Assembly: GCA_965261545.1 (NCBI GenBank)
Contig: CBDHDF010000004.1
Coordinates: forward strand, 96,001 to 160,000
Direction of reading: 5' to 3'
Length of the DNA stretch: 64,000 nt
From: Bdellovibrionales bacterium
GTDB taxonomy: Bacteria; Bdellovibrionota; Bdellovibrionia; Bdellovibrionales; UBA1609
Under the pieces are notes generated by a model. That model searched no databases, was not told where the DNA came from, and was given only the letters and a program-made list of their open reading frames with translations. Positions 20,582-30,860 of the stretch are shown in pieces. Positions within the stretch are counted from its first letter, which is position 1; each line of letters opens with the position of its first letter. Both the position numbers and the translations under genes were made by a program.

Positions 20582-23089
20582 TTGAAACATCCATTTGAGG
20601 GCATTGTGGTTAAGGGGGCCCGAGAGCACAATCTAAAGAATATCAACCTACAAATTCCTCGCAATCAAATCACTGTGATCACAGGTCTTAGTGGAAGTGG
20701 TAAGTCAAGTATTGCCTTTGATATCATCTATGCCGAAGGGCAGCGTCGCTATGTGGAAAGTCTTTCTGCCTATGCCAGAAGTTTTCTAGAGCAACTTAAA
20801 AAACCTGACGTGGACTCTATCACAGGGCTTTCTCCCTCTGTTGCTATTGATCAAAAATCTATTAGCAATAATCCAAGATCAACAGTGGGCACAGTGACCG
20901 AAATTTACGATTTTCTCCGCTTGCTTTACGCTCGTGTGGGAATTCCCCATTGCCCCAAGCACCATATAAAGGTTCAAAGCCAAACCCCTCGTCAGATTCT
21001 AGACGATATTTGGAAGCTCCCCCAGGGAACTCCCTTTTCTGTGTTCGCTCCCATGGTGCAGAATAAAAAAGGGGAGTTTCTCGCCGAATTTCAAAAATGG
21101 GCCCAGCGTGGCTTTGTACGAGCAAAAGTTGATGGAAAGTGGCTTTACCTATCTAAGGCCAAAAAACTAATGCGACATCAACTCCACAACATCGATCTCC
21201 TTATAGACCAACTCATTGTTGACGAGAAGTACAAGGAAAGACTGACGGAGAGCCTTCATATCGCTCTTAACTTGTCCAAGGGCACTTTGGTGATTGAGCC
21301 GACTCGTAAAAAAGAAGCCACTAAGATGTACTCCATTCACTCGGCTTGCCCAAAGTGTGGATATAGTTATCCCAAGCTCAATCCCAAAATGTTTAGCTTT
21401 AACAGTCCCATGGGAGCTTGTGAAACCTGTCATGGCTTAGGTCGTTCCATAACAGAGGATGATGATCCATTTATAGAATATGAGGTATGCTCTGACTGCC
21501 AAGGGACAAGGCTTAAAAAATCTGTAAGGCATATCCTATTGGGTGGAAAAGGTATCGCCGATTATGCAGCCATGCCCACCAAAAAACTTATGGAAAGTTT
21601 AAATAAAATTCCATTAAAAGGACGTGACCATATCATTGCTGAAAAAATCATCCAACAAATCATATATCGCTTGGAATATATGGAGCGGGTGGGGACTAGC
21701 TACATTTCTTTGGATCGTCCCATCACCACTTTATCAGGGGGAGAGGTTCAACGCATCCGTCTAGCCACCCAAGTGGGTTCACCTCTGGTGGGAGTTTTAT
21801 ATGTTCTCGATGAGCCCAGTATTGGCTTGCACCCAAGAGACCACCAAAGACTCCTCCAAGTGATTCGAGAAATGAGGGATCGCGGAAATACTATTCTTAT
21901 GGTCGAGCACGACGCAGCCACCATTTTATCTGCCGATCATATTATTGATATTGGACCTGCGGCAGGACGCCTTGGAGGAAATATCATTTTTCAAGGAACT
22001 GTCGGCAATCTTAAAAAACATGAAAAAAGCCTCACAGGACAATACTTATCCCAACGAAAGAAAATTCCCACCCCCATCCAGCGACGCCAGGGCCATGGGG
22101 TGTTTCTCACCATTCGAGGAGCCAAGGGAAATAATCTCAAAAATGTCACCTTAAAAATTCCTCTAGGAACTTTATGTGGTGTCACGGGAGTTTCTGGTAG
22201 TGGCAAAAGTACCTTGATTATCGATACTCTTTACAAAGTTTTAGCAGCCAAGTTGTATGGAGAACGCCATACACCCAAAGAGTACGATCATGTCGAAGGT
22301 TTAGAAAATATCGATAAAGTTATTGAAATAAACCAAAAACCCATTGGAAGGACACCGAGAAGCACCCCCGCTACCTATGTGGGACTTTTTTCAACAATAA
22401 GGGATCTTTACTCTCAGATTCCAGAGGCACAGTTGAGGGGCTATAAGCCAGGACATTTTAGTTTTAATGTTCAGGGGGGACGTTGCGAAGACTGCCAAGG
22501 GGGAGGAATCAAACGAGTGGAAATGCATTTTCTCTCGGATGTTTTTGTGACATGTGACACCTGTCGCGGGCAAAGGTATCATATGGAAACCTTATCTATG
22601 AAGTTTAAAGGTAAGTCCATCGCTGATGTATTGGCGATGACTGTGAATGAAGCCTTTGATTTTTTTAAAAATCATAAACAAATTCACAAAAAATTAGAAA
22701 CTTTACAGAAGGTGGGTCTTGGCTATATAAATCTTGGCCAGAGTTCCACCTCTTTATCGGGAGGAGAGGCCCAAAGGTTGAAACTAAGTCGAGAGTTATC
22801 TAAAAGAAGCACTGGCAAAACCATGTATATTCTAGATGAACCCACCACAGGACTCCATTTTGAAGACATTAGAAAATTAATTGAGCTTTTAAATGATTTA
22901 GTAAAAATGGGAAATACGGTCATTGTCATTGAACACAATATAGATGTTATAAAATCATGTGATCATCTCATTGACCTCGGACTTGAAGGAGGAAGCGAAG
23001 GGGGGGATATTGTAGCTACGGGTACGCCAGAGAAAATCGCTCGTCACAAATGGAGCCTCACAGGGAAATACCTCAAGCCTTGGATATAA
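20582..23089 (+). CDS. uvrA: Excinuclease ABC subunit A
   Basis: GAREHNLKN, GLSGSGKSS, two ABC modules with LSGGE, zinc fingers. Confidence 0.96.
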   Translation: MKHPFEGIVVKGAREHNLKNINLQIPRNQITVITGLSGSGKSSIAFDIIYAEGQRRYVESLSAYARSFLEQLKKPDVDSITGLSPSVAIDQKSISNNPRSTVGTVTEIYDFLRLLYARVGIPHCPKHHIKVQSQTPRQILDDIWKLPQGTPFSVFAPMVQNKKGEFLAEFQKWAQRGFVRAKVDGKWLYLSKAKKLMRHQLHNIDLLIDQLIVDEKYKERLTESLHIALNLSKGTLVIEPTRKKEATKMYSIHSACPKCGYSYPKLNPKMFSFNSPMGACETCHGLGRSITEDDDPFIEYEVCSDCQGTRLKKSVRHILLGGKGIADYAAMPTKKLMESLNKIPLKGRDHIIAEKIIQQIIYRLEYMERVGTSYISLDRPITTLSGGEVQRIRLATQVGSPLVGVLYVLDEPSIGLHPRDHQRLLQVIREMRDRGNTILMVEHDAATILSADHIIDIGPAAGRLGGNIIFQGTVGNLKKHEKSLTGQYLSQRKKIPTPIQRRQGHGVFLTIRGAKGNNLKNVTLKIPLGTLCGVTGVSGSGKSTLIIDTLYKVLAAKLYGERHTPKEYDHVEGLENIDKVIEINQKPIGRTPRSTPATYVGLFSTIRDLYSQIPEAQLRGYKPGHFSFNVQGGRCEDCQGGGIKRVEMHFLSDVFVTCDTCRGQRYHMETLSMKFKGKSIADVLAMTVNEAFDFFKNHKQIHKKLETLQKVGLGYINLGQSSTSLSGGEAQRLKLSRELSKRSTGKTMYILDEPTTGLHFEDIRKLIELLNDLVKMGNTVIVIEHNIDVIKSCDHLIDLGLEGGSEGGDIVATGTPEKIARHKWSLTGKYLKPWI

Positions 23090-23125
23090 TTTTCATAGTC
23101 GAATCTTCGAGGCATAGCACCACTG

Positions 23126-24337
23126 CTAAAGATTTAATCCTCGTCGAATAAATTCTTTTCTGAAATAAGATGTAAATTGAGAATTAAAATTCTTAGAATC
23201 TAAGTCTTCCATTGCGTGAAATGCATCTATAAAAGTGAAACTACCTTGAAGTTGCTTCAGGTGTTCTAAGTAAAAAACACGAAAATCTTCCAATTTCTGA
23301 GGGCTTTGAGTTGAGATTTCCTTAAAGACATTCCACCATATAGATGCATAAAGGGTGGCCATAGGATAAATATATCCACTATCTCCACTGTTAGAAACTT
23401 GGTTGTTAGAATTTTGGTTGCTAGAACCTGAAATTCCTTGATTGTTAGAATCCCCTTGGGCGTTAGAGCATGCATGAAAGGTCTCTAAAACAGAAATATC
23501 TTTACTTTGATTTAAGTCCCTTGAAATTCCACAATCTTCTATACCTGTGAGTTTATTGCTATAGCTCTCTCCAATGGTGGGAGCTTCTGGAAAGAAGGAG
23601 GCTGCAAAAAAGTGAGACAACCCTATGGTAAGAGCTTTGGAACATCCATTTTTGTTAATGCAACACATTTCATCTTCCCCTCGGCAAGCTCTGTGTTGTG
23701 ATGACGAACCCATATAAGCGGCACCTCCACTTGCGTAGTGGATATTGGCGGAGCCAATAAGGCTGAGCAAGATACTGGCGTCGAGACTGCTGTCGTAGGA
23801 ACTGTTGGTATCTTTTCCTAGGTAAATCGTATTGTCCTGAGAGGACCATCCCGTCACAGGAGCTTGAGTAATGATATAAATGCCTTTTCCCTTAAGTGAA
23901 AGCTCTTGGTCTTGAGAAAATTGATTGACTAAAGAAGAGTAATAATAGCTTGTCACTTGAGAAAGTGGCACTCCTTTGTCAAGGGAGTAGGGAAATTCTA
24001 AGAGGCACTTAGTAGCCTCAACTTGCACTCCTGTATAGGAGCGAATACGAAATGTTTCATTTTGTAAAAATTTTGAGCTTCTAGGAGGATCTATGTAAAC
24101 AAGCTTAAGTGCTAAATTTTCATACTCGGAACCAAGCTTTTGGGAAATTGCTTTTTTGGAGTGAACGGAATTCTTATTAATGACATAGGCACTAAGGCCT
24201 CCTCCGTCGGTGCAAAATTGATGGGTCCCTTTATTGTAGCTTCCAAATTTATGAATGGAGCCATCTCCACAGCCCTGGAAAAAGAGAGAACTAAAAGACA
24301 GAAAAAAAACGATAAAGGTTTGCTGTCTTACCCTCAT
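23126..24337 (-). CDS. Lipoprotein with M4/M36 gluzincin-like fold, apparently lacking HExxH
   Basis: Lipobox FFQGC; SLDASILLSLIGSAN, KALTIGLSHFFAA and YASIWW map by eye to peptidase motifs with the metal ligands lost. Confidence 0.55.
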   Translation of the reverse strand: MRVRQQTFIVFFLSFSSLFFQGCGDGSIHKFGSYNKGTHQFCTDGGGLSAYVINKNSVHSKKAISQKLGSEYENLALKLVYIDPPRSSKFLQNETFRIRSYTGVQVEATKCLLEFPYSLDKGVPLSQVTSYYYSSLVNQFSQDQELSLKGKGIYIITQAPVTGWSSQDNTIYLGKDTNSSYDSSLDASILLSLIGSANIHYASGGAAYMGSSSQHRACRGEDEMCCINKNGCSKALTIGLSHFFAASFFPEAPTIGESYSNKLTGIEDCGISRDLNQSKDISVLETFHACSNAQGDSNNQGISGSSNQNSNNQVSNSGDSGYIYPMATLYASIWWNVFKEISTQSPQKLEDFRVFYLEHLKQLQGSFTFIDAFHAMEDLDSKNFNSQFTSYFRKEFIRRGLNL

Positions 24338-26211
24338 AGCTCACCTCCACTTTCCAATCTCCGGTTGTGTTGGATTCCTAAGTGACGATCAATTTTTCCA
24401 GGCAATAGATGAGAGGAGGCGCCAGGTTGGTTTAAAAGAATTTCCCACTGACCTTCTTGTGAGCCCTGTGTGGGTTGTGAACCCTGTGTGTTCTGTGAGC
24501 CCTGTGTGGGTTGTGAACCCTGTGTGTTCTGTGAGCCCTGTGTGGGTTGTGAACCCTGTGTGTTCTGTGAACTCTGTGTGGATTGTGAGCCCTGTGTGGT
24601 TTCTTGCTGGCTAAGGACAATGTGTTTGCCGAGACTGGGATAAATATTTTCAATCACAGAGACTCTTTCTCTGAGAGATCTGGCGTTATCAACCTTGTTC
24701 TGCTCTCCAATAGATACGCTTTGCACCTGTAGGTTGGGATTTGAAAAATAAAAAATACGCTGGCAAAATTTTGTGGAGCAATTTGTTGACATGACCGTGC
24801 GAAAAGTTTGTGAAGATGACTTAAAACCAAAAGCATAGGGGTTAAGATGTTTAATCTGAGAGGGATTGCTCCTTTCCCTATCATGACCACAACCTAAATT
24901 ATGCCCTATCTCATGGGCAAAAGTTCCCATGATACAGTTGGCGCCGATGACACTGAGCCCAAGTGCTTTAAAACTGGCAGAAGAAGTCACATTTTTTGCA
25001 AGAAGATAGGCTATGCCACAGACGCCTTTCCTAGACTTCTCTGTGATAAGAGCGACAAGATCGGAGTTGGTTTCATGCCTTCTACGAATAAGCTTATGGT
25101 AAGGGTTATTGGCATCGTAACTTCCTCCTCCATATATAAACTTTTCTACTTCATGCAACTTCTCTAAATTATTTTTAAGAGAATCCGCAGACCTTATATC
25201 TAACTCAATGGCCTCAGTCACATTGATTTGGATTCCTGTTTTAGAGTTCTTATGAGCGGTGCGAGCCCCCGAAACCATAAGATTGAGAAGAGCGAGGGCT
25301 CCCTCAGTCCCTCCTTCGGCTTGCCTGACAAGGTTGGAATATCCTAGAATAATATCTATTTGAGCGGTTGGAGAGCTATCGTTAACAACCTTAGTAGATG
25401 GTGTTTGTTTATAAGTAGGTTTTTTGTTGGATTGGCTTGAATCTTCATTGACTTCCACAGAAGTCTTATTAGATTTTCTAGAAATTTCATTGGATCTCCC
25501 AGAGGATCCCCCAGAGGACCCATTGTACTCTCTGGAAATCTCATCTTCTGGAATTATCACATCATCATTACCATTATTTGATAAATATTTTGTATCAATT
25601 TGACGAATAATATTCTTGCCTTTTGAGAGCTGCTTGATCTCATATATAGCATCTTGTGTATTGATTTGACCAACAACGGTAGATTTATAAAAGGATAAAT
25701 GAATGCTCTCAAAAGAAGAATTCTGACCCGTCCACACAAAATTGTTTCGATTCTTGAAATTGATAGAATGTTGTTTAAAATCTTTCTTGGTTCCTCCTGG
25801 AAGAGACAGACTCAATTTTGTAGGAAGTTCTTGAGGCGAATCAACATGAAACTTTTCTCTATCAATCTTCAAACCAAAAATTTGAACAGTTGCTTCGAGA
25901 GGCTCATGTCTTCTCTCTAGGAAATCTTTTTTTTCTGACTCCTTGAGTGGAAATGTAGTAAAAAGAGGTCGATCTGTTAAGGAGGATCCAACTGATTCAG
26001 CTTTTTCTTCTAAAGATTGTTTATTTGTAAGACTCTTATTATGGGAATCTTTCCTTCGAGACTGAGAAATAGATTGTCTTTTTGACTTCTTCTGGGAAGA
26101 ACCATTGAGAGGATTTGTTCCCAATGTGGAACTACCAGAAGGACGTCTCTGCAAATTCTCTTGAGCTTGTGGGCGACTTTGAATTTGTGAGTCGTCACGA
26201 TTGGAGAACAT
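24334..26211 (-). CDS. Secreted zinc metalloprotease, M12B/reprolysin-like, with C-terminal Q/S/T repeat
   Basis: HEIGHNLGCGHD zinc motif, Met-turn FRTVMS, CGIAY, FSNP. Confidence 0.88.
   Translation of the reverse strand: MFSNRDDSQIQSRPQAQENLQRRPSGSSTLGTNPLNGSSQKKSKRQSISQSRRKDSHNKSLTNKQSLEEKAESVGSSLTDRPLFTTFPLKESEKKDFLERRHEPLEATVQIFGLKIDREKFHVDSPQELPTKLSLSLPGGTKKDFKQHSINFKNRNNFVWTGQNSSFESIHLSFYKSTVVGQINTQDAIYEIKQLSKGKNIIRQIDTKYLSNNGNDDVIIPEDEISREYNGSSGGSSGRSNEISRKSNKTSVEVNEDSSQSNKKPTYKQTPSTKVVNDSSPTAQIDIILGYSNLVRQAEGGTEGALALLNLMVSGARTAHKNSKTGIQINVTEAIELDIRSADSLKNNLEKLHEVEKFIYGGGSYDANNPYHKLIRRRHETNSDLVALITEKSRKGVCGIAYLLAKNVTSSASFKALGLSVIGANCIMGTFAHEIGHNLGCGHDRERSNPSQIKHLNPYAFGFKSSSQTFRTVMSTNCSTKFCQRIFYFSNPNLQVQSVSIGEQNKVDNARSLRERVSVIENIYPSLGKHIVLSQQETTQGSQSTQSSQNTQGSQPTQGSQNTQGSQPTQGSQNTQGSQPTQGSQEGQWEILLNQPGASSHLLPGKIDRHLGIQHNRRLESGGEL
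24458..24601. repeat. Coding tandem repeat, 8 x 18 bp (alternating 36-bp super-unit), encoding (QGSQPT/QGSQNT)n
   Basis: TGTGAGCCCTGTGTGGGT / TGTGAACCCTGTGTGTTC units. Confidence 0.9.
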
Positions 26212-26484
26212 ATTAATTAAATAAATTGTTGTGGCAACAAATAATATAGTGAAGAAAAGAATCAGGAGCGATCTATTTATTGAAAAAAATCCGATATCTT
26301 ATCTCCTTACTGTTATATTTATCATACATTATTACTATATAATTTATCGTACATTATTATCTATTACTAAAAGAATTTATGGTGTTTCTTGCCATTACTC
26401 ACATCTTATTTGTATCAATTTAGCCCTAAGAGATAAGGATCTTTAGATGAGAGTCTTCAGATGAAATGATAAGAAAAAGTGTTA

Positions 26485-28071
26485 TTATTTTTTGATTTTA
26501 TTCTTAGTGATTTGTAATTCCTGACTACTAAATAAGATTCTCGAATTTAGATCTAGGACTTGAACACGAAAGGAAAACCCCGGATCTAAGAAAGACCCTA
26601 GATCTACCGATGACTTATTTTTTTCTGAGTAAGTATGGGAATGATCATGAGAGTGAGTACGGGGTGGAACGGGGAGGCGAACAACACGGGAGTGCGATTG
26701 AGTATTAAGATAAAGAAGTGTGTAGGTGTGAATATTGGCAATACCTTTGATTTGACGAGGGTTCGGAGAATTTTTCCAAGGAGAAGGAAAAACATTAGCG
26801 TGAATTCCACTGCTGGTCAATTCGTAGGTGGTGTAACCAAACTCTTCTTTGGGAATCTTCATAAATTCAAAAAGGTGTCGATCTCCACTCACAAACAAAC
26901 TAGGTTTGGGAGAATTAAATATTTTTCTCATCATGGAATCAAAAGATTCTTTTCGATGACCTTCGAAGGATTCAAAGGGTTGATAAGCTCCAAAAAGCTG
27001 ATCTCCGTTGATAATGACATTGCCTTGCGTGTTTCCTTTTCTATGAAGTTGAGTCAAAAGCCATTTTTCCTGCTCGGCGCCCCAGTGGCTACCCTTCCCT
27101 GGAGGATCTCGAAAGCTTCGATTGTCGAGAAAGAAAAATCGGAGATGGAAGGCTCTTAGTACCAATGAAACTCCAGGACCAAGCTCCAAGGTTGGGGGAG
27201 CCTCTAGCGAGGATTTCCCATGGGGCTTTTGGGCGTAGAAGGCTTTAAATATTTTCTTTGACTCTTCTTTATATTGGTATGTTTTGTCACCATTGTTCCA
27301 GCCGTAGTCATGGTCATCCCAGACCGCAAGAGTCGGTATAAGATGAATTGTTCTAAAAATTTCTAATGTATTTCTCGCATCGAGATACCTCTTCCAAAGA
27401 TGTGAGGGAGACACTGGTTTGTTGCGAGGACCCCACATTTTGCCGGTCAATTTATCTGCATAAACATTGTCCCCGATCATAAAAATCATATCTGGTCTTT
27501 GTTTGATAAGGCTTCTCCAGATATCTCTTTGAAGTTTTTCGTATCCATCATCCATGCAAGAGACCACAGCTATTTTAGGGTGAGTGAAATTGATATTTAA
27601 GGACTCAAAATATCGATGATCCAAGAATCTACCGCTGGGGCTTTTTATCAAGAGTTTGTATTTGGTTTCCGGCTTGAGTCCTTGAGCTTCCCATTGGCTA
27701 ACAGTGGTGCCCTCTTTAGACATCTTCCCAATAAGCTTTAAAGGGATATTATTTCGCCCCTCTTTGGCTACGATCTGCATATCTTTTTCAAATGAGGGAG
27801 ATACAATGGAGAACTGAGCTATTGTGGCTGTTGTAAATCCTTGTAAGATTGGTAGTGAACCATGCTCTAAGTGTTGTTTTTTCCAAAGAGAGCAAGTGAG
27901 AAGTCCAAACAGTAATAGGGGGTAGCAAAAAAATATTCCTAAGAGCGACAATCGCCTCTTAGGATATATTAGAATTTTTTTTACGAGCATCAGATGTCTA
28001 TATTTACCACTGTCATCCATATGAGGAAAACTATTGCAAGGCAAATGAAAAGAGTCAAGGAAAGCTACCAC
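26485..28071 (-). CDS. phoD: PhoD-like alkaline phosphatase/phosphodiesterase
   Basis: VVSC, GDNVYAD, WDDHDY, LDNRSFR, SGDRH, ELTSS; true start probably downstream of the ORF start. Confidence 0.85.
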   Translation of the reverse strand: MVAFLDSFHLPCNSFPHMDDSGKYRHLMLVKKILIYPKRRLSLLGIFFCYPLLLFGLLTCSLWKKQHLEHGSLPILQGFTTATIAQFSIVSPSFEKDMQIVAKEGRNNIPLKLIGKMSKEGTTVSQWEAQGLKPETKYKLLIKSPSGRFLDHRYFESLNINFTHPKIAVVSCMDDGYEKLQRDIWRSLIKQRPDMIFMIGDNVYADKLTGKMWGPRNKPVSPSHLWKRYLDARNTLEIFRTIHLIPTLAVWDDHDYGWNNGDKTYQYKEESKKIFKAFYAQKPHGKSSLEAPPTLELGPGVSLVLRAFHLRFFFLDNRSFRDPPGKGSHWGAEQEKWLLTQLHRKGNTQGNVIINGDQLFGAYQPFESFEGHRKESFDSMMRKIFNSPKPSLFVSGDRHLFEFMKIPKEEFGYTTYELTSSGIHANVFPSPWKNSPNPRQIKGIANIHTYTLLYLNTQSHSRVVRLPVPPRTHSHDHSHTYSEKNKSSVDLGSFLDPGFSFRVQVLDLNSRILFSSQELQITKNKIKK

Positions 28072-28110
28072 TTCCCATAGAGATATATTTTTTGTCGATG
28101 AAGAAACTAC

Positions 28111-28479
28111 TTACTTACATTCGATTTCAGTATTTATATCATTATCGGTAATAAACCCTCTGTAGGTGATATAGAGCCTTTTATCCTTGCAAAGCCTAGA
28201 CCTAGAAAAGTATGCAGGGTAGTTCGTTCCAAAACCAATGGGATCCACTCTCATGTAGGCTCCGTGACAGCTTCGAAAACCACCGCCACCATTGGTGCGC
28301 TTCCATGTTCCGCCGCGTCCATATTTATTGTAGCATTTTGTTGCAACAGTGAATGCGGCCCTATTATCAAAGCGTATATAACCCCAATCAGCCGTATTTT
28401 CTCCATTGTGCCCCAAAGCTATGGTCGATACTAGACTGTAGCTTATAAAAATAACGGTGAAATGAATTAATAGTCTCAT
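28111..28479 (-). CDS. Small secreted Cys-containing protein, function unknown
   Basis: Signal peptide, AGGAGG RBS, 4 Cys, basic and aromatic-rich. Confidence 0.7.
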   Translation of the reverse strand: MRLLIHFTVIFISYSLVSTIALGHNGENTADWGYIRFDNRAAFTVATKCYNKYGRGGTWKRTNGGGGFRSCHGAYMRVDPIGFGTNYPAYFSRSRLCKDKRLYITYRGFITDNDINTEIECK

Positions 28480-28795
28480 GGCTCCCTCCTTTTGTTAATT
28501 TGCTGGCATCATAATCATCGTTTACATATGAATTTATAAACCATGATAATCTGTTAAGTAAAAATAATTTAATGTATAAGAATATATTCTTATACATTAC
28601 TTATGATCAGAACCATTAAGTTGTTTATTGTCAATAAAGGGTGAGGATTCTAGTAAAAAGTAATAAATAAAAGAATAAAAGTTAGGTGAAAATCTCGAGA
28701 GTGTGGTACCTTGTACCAAAGTAGGGGGGGCAGGAAACTCCTCTCCTTCCTAAAAACACGAAAAGAGTCTAAGCAACCTCCTAGAGGAGCCCAAA

Positions 28796-29320
28796 ATGAA
28801 TTTGCTTTGGTTAGATTTTGAGATGACAGGTCTTGATGTGGATAAAGAAGTTATTATTGAGGTGGCGACCATTGTTACGGACTTGAACTTAAACCAAAAA
28901 GAAGAATATCATGCGATCGTCAGGCAGCCACAGCGCTATATAGATAATATGGATGAATGGAACACTCGCCAGCACAGTCAATCGGGTTTGATAGAACAAA
29001 TTCCCTTTGGCAAAGAGCCTGACGATGTGGAAGAGGATCTTTTAAGAATTGTAAGGAAATATATTCCAGACCATGAGCTGGCTATTCTGGCAGGCAATTC
29101 TATTGGTCAAGACCGCTTGTTTATCATGAAACACTTTCGCAAGCTTGCTGAGCGTATTCACTATCGAATTTTGGATGTCACATCTTGGAAGATTATGTTT
29201 ACCTACAAGTATAATGTTACTTATGAAAAAAAGAAAACTCATCGAGCCCTCGAAGATGTACGAGAATCTATTGAAGAACTTCGTACTTTTATGAATTATG
29301 TGAGAAGCGATCCTTTGTAA
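28796..29320 (+). CDS. orn: Oligoribonuclease
   Basis: WLDFEMTGLD, LAGNSIGQDR, HYRILDVTS, HRALEDVRES. Confidence 0.95.
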   Translation: MNLLWLDFEMTGLDVDKEVIIEVATIVTDLNLNQKEEYHAIVRQPQRYIDNMDEWNTRQHSQSGLIEQIPFGKEPDDVEEDLLRIVRKYIPDHELAILAGNSIGQDRLFIMKHFRKLAERIHYRILDVTSWKIMFTYKYNVTYEKKKTHRALEDVRESIEELRTFMNYVRSDPL

Positions 29321-29520
29321 GCTCAGCGTAAACTGGTGCTTGTGGGTGCTTGTGGGTGCTTGAATTCCAGACAATGCTAACTCTGCGCATATAAAATAAA
29401 AGTTTTCTTCAATTGAACTTGACCCTTTAAAAGACTAAGGAGAGAATCCCTAGGTTGCGAACGCTTTCCTTGTATCTATGTGAATTCACTATAACCTCGT
29501 TATCTGTATAGGAGTACAAA

Positions 29521-29985
29521 ATGAGACCATTTTTTGGATTTGTTACAATACTTTCTTGGAGCACCTTTGGAGCCCTTCTTATTTCTTTATTGGTGTTTGG
29601 ATCTGGTTATTTGCTAACACTCATTCTTCCATTAAACCAATTACAAGCATCCACTTTATTTCTTGCCTCACTCGCCCTTCTTGTTCTTACATTTATTTTT
29701 ATGTCGCTCGTACATGGAACTAATGCCCCCTCCCTTTACGAAAATTTAGACGAACTGCTTCCTGATAAATGGGATGATGATTGGGAGCGCGAGAACTGGG
29801 CAGATAAAAATCAGGAAAGATTTGTAGCTAAAAATATGACTGTATCGCAGGAGAAAAATAATCAAAGCAAAAGAAGTGGTCAAAGTGAAAGGGTTGGAAG
29901 AAATCAGCCATGTCCATGTGGTAGTGGAAAGAAATTTAAATTTTGTTGCTCTCAAAAGGCCAAAGTGCTTTCATTGCGCACTTAA
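29521..29985 (+). CDS. Membrane protein with C-terminal SEC-C motif
   Basis: Two hydrophobic helices; GRNQPCPCGSGKKFKFCC. Confidence 0.85.
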   Translation: MRPFFGFVTILSWSTFGALLISLLVFGSGYLLTLILPLNQLQASTLFLASLALLVLTFIFMSLVHGTNAPSLYENLDELLPDKWDDDWERENWADKNQERFVAKNMTVSQEKNNQSKRSGQSERVGRNQPCPCGSGKKFKFCCSQKAKVLSLRT

Positions 29986-30082
29986 GTTTCGTCAGTTCGT
30001 TATGTTTGGAAAATTCCTAAGAATAAAATAAAAGCTTTCCGAACAAGCATCAATGAATTTATAAAACCTGCATTAGAAAAAA

Positions 30083-30853
30083 TTAAAGGGTATACGATGA
30101 ATAAATGTTGGAACTGACCTCAGCTTTGTAGATAAAGCTGGCTCCACCCATAAGAGATTTATGTTGAACACTTTTGAAACAAGACGTAGACATCATAATA
30201 TCTATAAATTTTTGTCGGCAAGGAAACTCAGAGGAGGATTGGCTGAGATAGTGGTAGGCCTTGTGGTGGCCTGAAATCCATCCTCCTAGGGGGGGGACAA
30301 TATGCTTGAAATAAAAATGAATAAAAGGCTTGAGGATTGGAAAATACTGCTCGCCCGTTTCTAAAACCATCACATGGCCACCAGGCTTTACAACCCTTGC
30401 CATTTCAACGAGAGCTTTTTTGATATCACTTACATTGCGAATGCCATAGGCAATGCTTGAAATATCAAAGCTATCATTTTTATAGTTGCTAAGCTGAGTG
30501 ACATCTCCCCACTGAAAATCCACTGTCAATTTCTGCTGTTTTGCCTTTTTCACAGCATAGGCAAGAATTTCTTCACAAAAATCTACACCCACCACATGAC
30601 CCTGGGGTCCCACTTTTTGCTTAAATTGAAGGGCTAAGTCTCCCGTGCCAGTGGCACAGTCCAAAATCCGATGGCCATCATGGGCTTCACTCCATTGAAC
30701 AAGTTTTTGTCGCCACCAGCGAGCCATTCCGAAGGTTATAACACCATTGACTTTATCATAGGTTTGGGCAATAGAGCCGAATATACGCTGAATGTCTTCT
30801 GCGGGAGGACCTGTTCTCATAGGGGGGCTTGACTGAGAATTTTGAGGATTCAT
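30083..30853 (-). CDS. ubiE: Demethylmenaquinone methyltransferase UbiE/MenG
   Basis: FGSIAQTYDKVN, ILDCATGTGDLA, YGIRNV, RVVKPGG; start chosen at ATG 30853. Confidence 0.92.
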   Translation of the reverse strand: MNPQNSQSSPPMRTGPPAEDIQRIFGSIAQTYDKVNGVITFGMARWWRQKLVQWSEAHDGHRILDCATGTGDLALQFKQKVGPQGHVVGVDFCEEILAYAVKKAKQQKLTVDFQWGDVTQLSNYKNDSFDISSIAYGIRNVSDIKKALVEMARVVKPGGHVMVLETGEQYFPILKPFIHFYFKHIVPPLGGWISGHHKAYHYLSQSSSEFPCRQKFIDIMMSTSCFKSVQHKSLMGGASFIYKAEVSSNIYSSYTL

Positions 30854-30860
30854 TTCACTT

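Noticed and set aside
24458..24601. Repeat array as a CRISPR
   Set aside because: Contiguous in-frame coding repeats, no unique spacers, no cas genes in the window.
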